Source: an uncultured Gemmatimonadales bacterium (lineage in GTDB: Bacteria > Gemmatimonadota > Gemmatimonadetes > Gemmatimonadales > GWC2-71-9). From it: a DNA stretch of 64,000 nt. The notes under the pieces are model-generated. The model made no database searches. It was not told the DNA's origin and saw only the letters and a list, made by a program, of their open reading frames with translations. Below, in pieces: positions 56,237 through 64,000 of the stretch. The stretch lies in contig CAWJMT010000003.1 in assembly GCA_963844035.1 (NCBI GenBank), positions 32,001-96,000 of the forward strand, in the 5' to 3' direction. Positions within the stretch are counted from its first letter, which is position 1. Each line of letters opens with the position of its first letter. A program made the translations under genes and the position numbers.

Positions 56237-57554
56237 ATGCCCCGCGTGTACATCGAGACCTACGGCTGTCAGATGAACGTCGCCGACTCCGAGCTGATGC
56301 TCGGGTTGCTCGGCGCGAACGGGTACGAGCGCATCGACGATCCCGCCCTCGCGGACGTGATGCTCGTGAACACCTGCGCGGTGCGCGACCACGCGGAGCA
56401 GCGCGTGCTCGGCCGGGTGGGCGAGCTGAAGCGCCACAAGCGCGCCGGCGACGTGCTGGGCGTGGTGGGATGCATGGCGCAGCGGCTCGGCCCCAAGCTG
56501 CTCGAGCGCGTGCCGCAGGTGGATCTCGTCATCGGCCCCGACGGCTACCGCAACCTCCCCGAATTGATCGCCCGTGCGCAGAGCGGCACCCGGGCCGCGG
56601 ACGTGGAGTTCCGCGGCTGGGAGCACTACGAGGACGTGCCCGCGGCGCGCGGCGACGCGGCCTCCGCGTTCGTCACGGTGCAGCGCGGCTGCGATTATCG
56701 GTGCACCTTCTGCATTGTTCCGATGACGCGCGGGCCGGAGCGGAGCCGCATGTTGGCCGACGTGGTGCGCGAGGTGACCTCCGTCGCCGCGCGCGGTGCG
56801 ACGGAGGTGACGCTCCTTGGGCAGACGGTCAATAGTTATCACGACGGCACGCACGATTTCGCCGATCTGCTGCGCGCCGTCGGTGCCGTGGCGGGGATCC
56901 GGCGCGTGCGCTTCACATCGCCGTACCCCACCGACTTCACCGCCCGGGTGCTGGCCGCCATGGCCGAGACGCCCACCGTGTGCGAGCACGTCCACCTGCC
57001 GGTCCAGAGCGGCTCGAACCGCACCCTCAAGCGGATGCTGCGTCGCTACACGCGCGAGCGCTATCTCGAGGTGGTCGCGGAGCTGCGGGCGGCCATCCCG
57101 GCGATCGCGTTCTCGACCGATCTCATCGTGGGGTTCCCCGGCGAGACCGAGGACGACTTCGCGGAGACGATGTCGCTCGTCGAAGCCGCAGGGTTCGACG
57201 ACGCGTACACATTCAAGTTCTCGCCCCGCGACGGCACCCCGGCGCTGCGACTCCCGGACACCGTGCCGGACGACGTGGCCTCCGAGCGCCTCGCGCGGCT
57301 CATCGCGGTGGTGCGCGGCGTGGGGCGCGTCAAGAACGCGGCGCTCGTCGGCACCACGCACGAGGTGCTGGTCGAAGGACCGGCGAAGCGCGGCGAGCTG
57401 CTGCAGTCGCGCACCCGCACCAACAAGATCGCGCTGCTCGCGGGGCCGGTGGAGTGGATCGGGACCTACCGCACGCGTGCGGTTCAGCGGCACGACCGGC
57501 TCGACGTTCACCGCCGTACCGCTCGAAACGCCACAGGAGGTTGCCGCATGGTGA
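56237..57554 (+). CDS. miaB: tRNA i6A37 methylthiotransferase
   Basis: TYGCQMNVADSE, NTCAVR..AE, GCMAQ, GCDYRCTFCIVP.TRG.ERSR, HLPVQSG, TRAM domain. Confidence 0.95.
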
Positions 57555-57832
57555 CGAACGTGACGCTCGAGGTGGTGCAGCGCGAGTACCTCCAGCTGCG
57601 CGAGCGGCTCCCGAAGTTCTGCGGCTGCGCGACCTGCCACGGCGACGTGACGGTGTACGCGCTGAACCGCCTGGCGCCGCACTACGTGTCCACGCGGGAA
57701 GGCGAAGTGTTGACCGAGCTGTCGCTCGGCAGCGACCAGGAGAAGGCCAAGCTCGACGTGGCATTGCTCGAAGCGTTCCGCAAAGTGGGTCTCGCGCCCC
57801 GCTGCGGCGCCAAGCCGGTGCAGCTCCTCTAG
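57548..57832 (+). CDS. ComFB-family protein (candidate cyclic dinucleotide receptor)
   Basis: MVTNVTLEVV..FCGCATCHGDV..YALNRLAPHYVS..GE; own SD AGGAGG. The ORF track fuses it to miaB only through an indel. Confidence 0.85.
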   Translation: MVTNVTLEVVQREYLQLRERLPKFCGCATCHGDVTVYALNRLAPHYVSTREGEVLTELSLGSDQEKAKLDVALLEAFRKVGLAPRCGAKPVQLL

Positions 57833-57849
57833 ACCGCTAAGGCGGCCCG

Positions 57850-60093
57850 GTGCGGCCGCCGATCCTGTTCCTCACAATTGGTTTTGCGCTAGGCCTCGCC
57901 CTTGGGGAAGGGGGACGGGGGATGGGGGACGGGTACGTCGTAGGGCCCGTCCTGCTTACCGCGGCGCTTCTATTTCGGCGCGCGCCGGTGGGCGCGGGCG
58001 TGGGGATCATGGGGGTGGCGGGCGTCCTGTGGGGATCGGCAGCGGTCAGCGCTCGCGCGGCGACCTGCGCCGGCCGCTGGAAGGACGGTAGCACCCGCGC
58101 TGCCATCGTACGCCTGTTGGATCCGGCGTCGGAGGGCGGCACAGTGGTGGAGGCGGAGGTCGTCCGCGGGAAAGAGTGCGGCGGCGGATTGCGGGTTCGT
58201 TGGCCGGACCATCCGGCGGCTGCTGGCGGCACGACATGGGTGGTGGCGGGACGCTGGGCGGCGCTCGGGGAAGGGCGGGGCGTGCTGGTCGCGCGGCGGG
58301 TGAAGCTGCTCGACCCCGTGCCGCGCGGGCGCGGTGCGCTTGCGCGGCCGGGTGATGACGCGCGCCACGGAGTTGTTCGGAAGCCGCGCGCGGCTGGTGC
58401 AAGCCCTCGTGATCGCCCCGGGTGTGGCGCTCGAGCCTGACGTGCGGGAGCGGTACGCGCGCTCGGGACTTGCCCACCTCCTCTCTATCTCCGGGTCTCC
58501 ACGTGGGGTTTCTCGCCGTGTGGCTGGGCGCCGCGCTCGGCCTGATGGGCGCACGCGGGCCGGCGCGTCTGTGGGCTACGTCCGCGGTCGTGATCGGCTA
58601 CATCTGGCTGCTCGGGTTTCCGGCGCCGGCCACGCGCTCGGGAGTGATGCTGGTGCTCGACGCGGTGGCACGCTGGCGCGAGCGGGTGGTCGCACCCCGC
58701 GGCGTGCTCAGCGTGACCGCCCTGTTGCTGTTACTTGCGGACCCCTGGGCGCTGCAATCGGTGGGTGCGTGGCTGTCACTCGGCGCCGTCGCCGCGGTGA
58801 TCTGGGGCGCGCGCGCCGCTGCGGACACTGCCGCGCTTCGCGCGGGTGGTCGTCCCGTCGCATCGCCGCGACGCTGTTCACGGCGCCGATCACCGCGCTC
58901 GCGTTCGGCACGGTCGCGCCGATCGGCGTGGCCGCCAACCTGGTCGCCATCCCAATCGCCGGGATCGCCGTGCCGGGGCTCGTGGTTGCGCTCGTCACAT
59001 CGTGGTTCGCACCACCGCTCGCGGGCTGCTCGCGGCGGGCTCGGGTCTCGGGCTTGCGCTGCTCGACGTGGTGGCGCGCGCCGCCGCCGCCGTTCCGGGC
59101 GGGCACGTGGTGACGGTGGCAGGCTGGAGTGCGGCTGGGGTCTGGCTCGCCGTCGCGTTGGTGGCATGGTGGCTGTGGCATTCGCCGCGGCGCCGCTGGG
59201 TGATCGTGGGACGCGTGGCTTTTGTGGCATGCGGCGTGGCATGGCTCTCGGTCGCGGGCGCTAGCGGCTCCGTCCCTCGACGCATGTCGCTGTGTCACAG
59301 TACATTTTCTCGACGTCGGCCAGGGAGACGCCGGGCTGCTGCGCACGCCCGCGGGCCGGTGGATCGTGATCGACGGGGGGCCGCTGACCCCTCAGGGTGA
59401 TGCGGGAACGCGCGTGGTCGTGCCGTTCCTGCGTCGCATGGGGGTCGAGCGGGTGGCGGTGGTGGTCGCGACCCACGGCGACGCCGATCACCTGGGGGGC
59501 ATTCCGGCGGTCGTGACGGCGTTCGCGCCCGACCTGGTGCTCGAGCCGGGCGAGCCGCTGGGCCGGCCGCACTATCTGCGGTTCCTGGCAACCGTCGAGG
59601 CGTCGCGAGCGCGCTACCGCGCGGCGCGCGCCGGCGACCGGATCGTGCTCGACGGCGTGACGCTCGAGGTCTTGAGTCCGGACAGCGCGCTGTTCGCGCT
59701 TCCCCTCGACGTGAACGAGCATGGCGTGGTGCTGCGCGTGACCTACGGCGACGTGCGGCTGCTGTTTCAGGCCGACGCCGGGTTGCCGGTGGAGCAGCAT
59801 CTCGCGGGCCAGGTGGGGCGGGTGGAGCTGCTCAAGGTGGGGCACCATGGCTCCCGCACCGCCACCTCGGACGCGTGGCTCGTCGGAGCTCGCGCCGCGC
59901 CAGGCGGTGATCAGCGTGGGGCGGCACAACAACTACGGACACCCCGCGCCCGAAGTCGTGGCGCGGTTGGCGCGGCACAGGATCGCGATATTGGAGAACC
60001 GATCGCGACGGAACTGTCACCTTTACCACGAACGGACAACGTGAACAGACAGACATCAGAGGTCAGACATCAGGTGTCAGGCGTCAGAACTGA
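57850..60093 (+). CDS. comEC: DNA uptake channel ComEC/Rec2 with metallo-beta-lactamase domain
   Basis: GLAHLLSISG.HV, RSGVM, ANLVAIP, FLDVGQGDA, IDGG, THGDADHLGG, KVGHHGS, SVGRHNNYGHP. Confidence 0.93.
57904..57937 (+). repeat. GGGGANG heptamer x4 inside the comEC 5' end
   Basis: GGGGAAG GGGGACG GGGGATG GGGGACG GGTACG encodes GEGGRGMGDGY. Confidence 0.8.
60050..60091 (+). repeat. CAGNNNT heptamer x6 in the comEC C-terminus
   Basis: CAGACAT CAGAGGT CAGACAT CAGGTGT CAGGCGT CAGAACT. Confidence 0.78.
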
Positions 60094-60101
60094 GGTTCGG
60101 G

Positions 60102-61367
60102 ATGCCGCGTAACGCCTTCTACGCGCAGTCGGGCGGGGTCACCGCCGTCATCAACGTCTCCGCGCAGGGCGTGATCGAGACGGCGCGGCGTCATCGCGAC
60201 ACGATCGGCAACGTCTACGCCGGCCGCAACGGCATCATCGGCGCGTTGACGGAAGACCTGATCGACACGTCGCAGGAATCGGATGCCGCGATCGCCGCGC
60301 TGCACCACACGCCGGCCGGTGCGTTCGGGTCGTGCCGCCACAAGCTCAAGCCGTTCGACAAGAACCCCGCCGAGTACGAGCGCCTCATGGAGGTGTTCAA
60401 GGCGCACGACATCGGGTACTTCTTCTACAACGGCGGCGGCGACTCGGCGGACACCTGTCTCAAGGTGTCGCAGCTCGCGGCCGAGCGGAAACTGCCGATT
60501 CAGGCGATCCACGTCCCGAAGACCATGGACAACGATCTGCCGCTCACCGACACCTGCCCGGGCTTCGGGTCGGTCGCGAAGTACGTGGCGATCTCGATCC
60601 GCGAAGCGGGGTTCGATCTGGCCTCGATGGCCAAGACGTCCACCAAGGTGTTCATCCTGGAAGTGATGGGGCGCCACGCCGGCTGGACCGCGGCGGCGGG
60701 CGGTCTCGCGGCCGAAAAGGCGGGCGATGCGCCGCAGGTAATCCTGTTTCCGGAGGTCGTGTTCGACGAGGCGAAGTTTCTCGCCGCGGTGGACACCTCG
60801 GTCAAGAAGTACGGCTCGTGCTCGATCGTGGCGAGCGAGGGACTCAAGTTGCCCTCGGGGGAGTTTCTCGCCGAAGCAGGCGGCAAGGATGCGTTTGGCC
60901 ACTCGCAGCTGGGCGGGCTGGCGCCGCTGCTGGCGCGGATCGTCAACGAGAAGCTCAAGTACAAGTATCACTTCGCCATTGCCGACTACCTGATGCGCGC
61001 GGCGCGTCACATCGCCTCCCGGACCGACGTCGAGCAGGCGTATGCGGTGGGCAAGGCGGCGGTGGAGCTGGCGTTGCTGGGCAAGTCGAGCGTGATGGCG
61101 ACGATCGAGCGTAAGTCGGAATCGCCCTACGTATGGGAGACCGGCAGCGCGCCGCTCGACAAGGTCGCCAATGTCGAGAAGAAGATGCCGCGTGATTACA
61201 TCACGGACGACGGCTTTCACATCACCGACAAGTGCCGCCGCTATCTCTCGCCGCTGATTCAGGGCGAGGATTACCCGCCGTACTCGAACGGGCTGCCGAG
61301 GTACGTGGTGCTCAAGAACGCGGCGGTTCCCAAGAAGCTCGCGACCACGTTCGAGCTGAAAAAATGA
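60102..61367 (+). CDS. 6-phosphofructokinase, PPi-dependent type
   Basis: QSGGVTAVIN, FGSCR, NGGGDS (Asp) and PKTMDND (Lys) PPi signature, EVMGRHAGW. Confidence 0.92.
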   Translation: MPRNAFYAQSGGVTAVINVSAQGVIETARRHRDTIGNVYAGRNGIIGALTEDLIDTSQESDAAIAALHHTPAGAFGSCRHKLKPFDKNPAEYERLMEVFKAHDIGYFFYNGGGDSADTCLKVSQLAAERKLPIQAIHVPKTMDNDLPLTDTCPGFGSVAKYVAISIREAGFDLASMAKTSTKVFILEVMGRHAGWTAAAGGLAAEKAGDAPQVILFPEVVFDEAKFLAAVDTSVKKYGSCSIVASEGLKLPSGEFLAEAGGKDAFGHSQLGGLAPLLARIVNEKLKYKYHFAIADYLMRAARHIASRTDVEQAYAVGKAAVELALLGKSSVMATIERKSESPYVWETGSAPLDKVANVEKKMPRDYITDDGFHITDKCRRYLSPLIQGEDYPPYSNGLPRYVVLKNAAVPKKLATTFELKK

Positions 61368-61371
61368 ACGG

Positions 61372-62922
61372 GTGAGCGAGCGCAAGCCGTTCTACGAACC
61401 GTCTGACTGGCCGGGGGATCCCGAGCGCGAGCTGGGGGCCCCCGGTTCGTTTCCCTACACCCGCGGCGTGCACCCCACGATGTACCGCGGCAAGCTGTGG
61501 ACGATGCGCCAGTACGCCGGGTTCGGCACCCCGGAAGAGACCAACGCGCGGTTCCGCCACCTCCTCGCCGCCGGTCAGACCGGCCTCTCGGTCGCGTTCG
61601 ATCTCCCCACCCAGATGGGCTACGACTCCGATCATCCCAAGGCGCTGGGCGAAGTGGGCCGGGCAGGGGTTGCCATCTCGACCGTGGACGACCTCGGCCG
61701 GTTGCTGGACGAGATTCCGCTCGACCGCGTGTCCACCTCCATGACCATCAACGCAACCGCACCGATTCTGCTGGCGATGTACGTCGTGCTGGGGGAGGAG
61801 CGCGGGGTGCCGCGGGCCAAGCTCTCGGGCACGGTGCAGAACGACATCTTGAAGGAGTTCATCGCGCGCGGCACGTACATCTATCCACTCGAGCCGTCGC
61901 TGCGCCTGGTGACCGACCTGCTGCGGTTCGTCACCGAGCAGCGCATGGGGTTCAATCCGATTTCGATTTCGGGCTATCACATGCGCGAGGCGGGGGCGAC
62001 GGCGGTGCAGGAGCTGGCGTACACCTTTGCGGACGGGCTCGAGTATCTGCGGCGCGCGGTGGGGGCGGGGATTGCGATCGGCGACCTGGCGCCGCGGCTG
62101 TCGTTTTTCTTCGCCGCCTTCACCGATCTGTTCGAGGAGGTCGCCAAGTTCCGCGCGGCGCGGCGGCTCTGGGCTCGCCTCATGAAGGAACAGTTCAGGG
62201 CGGACGATGCGGCGTGCCGGCTGCGGTTTCACGTCCAGACCGGCGGCTCGACGCTCACGGCGCAGCAGCCCCAGAACAACGTGGTGCGGGTCGCGATCCA
62301 GGCGCTCGCCGCGGTGCTGGGCGGGACGCAGTCGCTGCACACCAACGCGTACGATGAGGCGCTGGCGTTACCGACCGAGCAGAACGCCACCCTCGCGCTG
62401 CGCACCCAGCAGCTGCTCGCCCACGAGACCGGCGTGGCCAGTGTGGTCGACCCACTCGGCGGGAGCTGGTACGTCGAAGCACTCACCGACAAGGTGGAGC
62501 GCGAGGCGCGGGCGTTGCTTGACGACATCGAGCGGGCTGGCGGCGCGGCGCGGGCGATCGAGCGCGGCACCATTCAGCAGGCGATCGCGGCAAGCGCGTA
62601 CGCGCAGCAGCAGGCGATCGAGTCGGGGGCGGTGGAGGTGGTGGGGGTGAATCTCCACGCCGAGGATCAGGTCGTGCCGTCGGTGGCGGCGCCGGATTAT
62701 CAGGCGTTGGCGGCGCAGCAGGTGCGGCGGCTCGCCGAGGCGCGCGGCAAACGCGACGCGGGGCGGGTGGCGGGGGCGCTGGCGGCGTTGAAGGCGGCGG
62801 CGAACAAGGCCGAAGCGCCGTTGATGCCGGTGATTGTCGATGCCGTCCGTGTACGGGCCACCGTGGGGGAAATCAGCGATGCGTTGCGGGGCGTGTGGGG
62901 GGAATACCGCGAGGGCACCTAG
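61372..62922 (+). CDS. Methylmalonyl-CoA mutase family, substrate-binding (large) subunit
   Basis: PG.FPYTRG..PTMYRG..WTMRQYAGFG, AFDLPTQMGYDSD, QNDILKEFIARG, SGYHMREAG, QSLHTN; no DxHxxG B12 domain. Confidence 0.94.
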   Translation: MSERKPFYEPSDWPGDPERELGAPGSFPYTRGVHPTMYRGKLWTMRQYAGFGTPEETNARFRHLLAAGQTGLSVAFDLPTQMGYDSDHPKALGEVGRAGVAISTVDDLGRLLDEIPLDRVSTSMTINATAPILLAMYVVLGEERGVPRAKLSGTVQNDILKEFIARGTYIYPLEPSLRLVTDLLRFVTEQRMGFNPISISGYHMREAGATAVQELAYTFADGLEYLRRAVGAGIAIGDLAPRLSFFFAAFTDLFEEVAKFRAARRLWARLMKEQFRADDAACRLRFHVQTGGSTLTAQQPQNNVVRVAIQALAAVLGGTQSLHTNAYDEALALPTEQNATLALRTQQLLAHETGVASVVDPLGGSWYVEALTDKVEREARALLDDIERAGGAARAIERGTIQQAIAASAYAQQQAIESGAVEVVGVNLHAEDQVVPSVAAPDYQALAAQQVRRLAEARGKRDAGRVAGALAALKAAANKAEAPLMPVIVDAVRVRATVGEISDALRGVWGEYREGT

Positions 62923-63012
62923 GGATCCGCCTTGCTTGCGGGTTGGTGTCCGTCACGCGATTCTCCCTATCTCGACGCGCCGCAATAGTAGACGGGCCAA
63001 CCAGGAGAGAGC

Positions 63013-63981
63013 ATGCCAGGCACCAAGGTGAGGTCGACCGCGAAGCCGGCAGGTCACGTGGAGGTCGAGTCGACCAAGTCATGGGCCGGCAGAGTCCCGC
63101 AGATCAAGCAGGGCACCTACGCCGACGGCCTTCCGTTCGACGAGCTCCACTATCTCTGCTGCAAGCTGGTGCTGAAGCCCAATCGGTTTACCTCCCGGGA
63201 GAGCCTGTTCGAGTTCGGTGACGTGTTGCGTACGCCCGCCGAGGAGCACGGCGTGGTCTTCAAGACCAAGAAATTCCACGGCGTGCCGCTCCAGATCCGC
63301 GAAGTGTTGTTCGTGGACACGGCGGACTTTCGCCTCTACAACAACGCCTTCATCCTCCGGCGGCGGATTCCCTATACGGACGGGTTTCCGAGCGGCGATC
63401 CCGAGATCGTGTTCAAGTTCCGCCACTCGGACGTTCAGCAGGCAGCCGAAACGGACGTGCGGCCGCAGATCCGCGGGACCCACCGGGTCAAGTTCAAGTG
63501 CCAGGCGTTGCCGCTCAAGGATCGGCTGGGCGGGATTCGGCTGCTCTTCTCCCACAACGTGCAGTTTCCCCGGTCGCAAATGGGGGACGGTGGAGTCATG
63601 TCGATGGACGCGATGACGCGAATCTTCCCCGTACTCGAGCGACTGCGAAAGGAGCCGGGCGAGAACATCACACTGGTTAGCGACACCATCATTGAGGAGG
63701 TACTCCAGGACATCGGAGAGCTCGATTTCGGGGAGGGCATGCGGGCGACGACCAACGTCTCGCTGTGGCGCACCCGGGGCGAACATCGCCCACTGATCGG
63801 GGAGTTCTCATTCCAAATTCGGTTCGAGAACCGCAAAGACCTCGCGCGGGCCGCGCTGCAGCGGGCGGAGGCGTTCTTCGTGGCATTGCAGTTCGCGGCC
63901 AGCGACTGGATTTCGCTCAACGCCACGAAGACCGGGGTCGTGTACCGGCTGCACGGCAATCCTCCCAAGGCGCACGAGTGA
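63013..63981 (+). CDS. Conserved hypothetical protein, CYTH/triphosphate-tunnel-like
   Basis: SD AGGAG; FVDTADFRLYNNAFILRRR, VFKFR, EFSF and C-terminal TKT resemble the CYTH fold; N-terminal ExExK appears as LCCKL. Confidence 0.55.
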   Translation: MPGTKVRSTAKPAGHVEVESTKSWAGRVPQIKQGTYADGLPFDELHYLCCKLVLKPNRFTSRESLFEFGDVLRTPAEEHGVVFKTKKFHGVPLQIREVLFVDTADFRLYNNAFILRRRIPYTDGFPSGDPEIVFKFRHSDVQQAAETDVRPQIRGTHRVKFKCQALPLKDRLGGIRLLFSHNVQFPRSQMGDGGVMSMDAMTRIFPVLERLRKEPGENITLVSDTIIEEVLQDIGELDFGEGMRATTNVSLWRTRGEHRPLIGEFSFQIRFENRKDLARAALQRAEAFFVALQFAASDWISLNATKTGVVYRLHGNPPKAHE

Positions 63982-64000
63982 GTGGGCTGAGCCACGAGCG

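Noticed and set aside
56237..57832. MiaB-ComFB fusion shown in the ORF track
   Set aside because: An indel near 57470 joins them. MiaB ends at 57554 in another frame and ComFB has its own SD and ATG.
37859..60091. Short repeat arrays as CRISPR or IS ends
   Set aside because: No repeat-spacer periodicity, cas genes, transposase or integrase in the window.

Overview
High-GC bacterial chromosome segment (roughly 70% GC by eye), almost entirely + strand. Gene content and order suggest Gemmatimonadota; this is inference only. Much of 1-36 kb, and patches later, carries dense single-base indels even in essential genes. I read these as long-read or consensus errors, so many gene boundaries are reconstructed across frames and are approximate. 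Gene order: PNP (3' end)-ileS-dksA/traR-lspA-rluD; then a ~17 kb tightly overlapping cluster cheW-cheY-cheA-cheC-TPR-DUF4388-TPR/Roadblock-Roadblock-mglB-mglA-tandem DnaA-like ATPase-DUF4388/TPR-cheR-cheD-cheB-cheW-cheW-TPR, with no chemoreceptor; a gluzincin, a small membrane protein, tRNA-Val, a secreted TPR-like protein and tRNA-Asp; the dcw cluster (rsmH to ftsZ) plus an M23 peptidase; hisA, a vWA membrane protein, ftsY, recG, asnS, rtcB, mazG (-), alr, a lipoprotein plus beta-barrel pair, mtaB, miaB, comFB-like, comEC, PPi-type pfk, a split methylmalonyl-CoA mutase and a CYTH-like protein. The main candidate system is the hybrid Dif/F1-type chemosensory plus MglAB polarity module. It contains a double DnaA AAA+ protein lacking the DNA-binding domain and two DUF4388 proteins with MshEN-like (c-di-GMP) motifs. 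The second candidate is a dispersed ~30-37 bp element of four heptamers, (GGGAAGN)4 with shared flanks, inserted mostly in frame into unrelated proteins. IleRS also carries GIHH in place of the HIGH motif.
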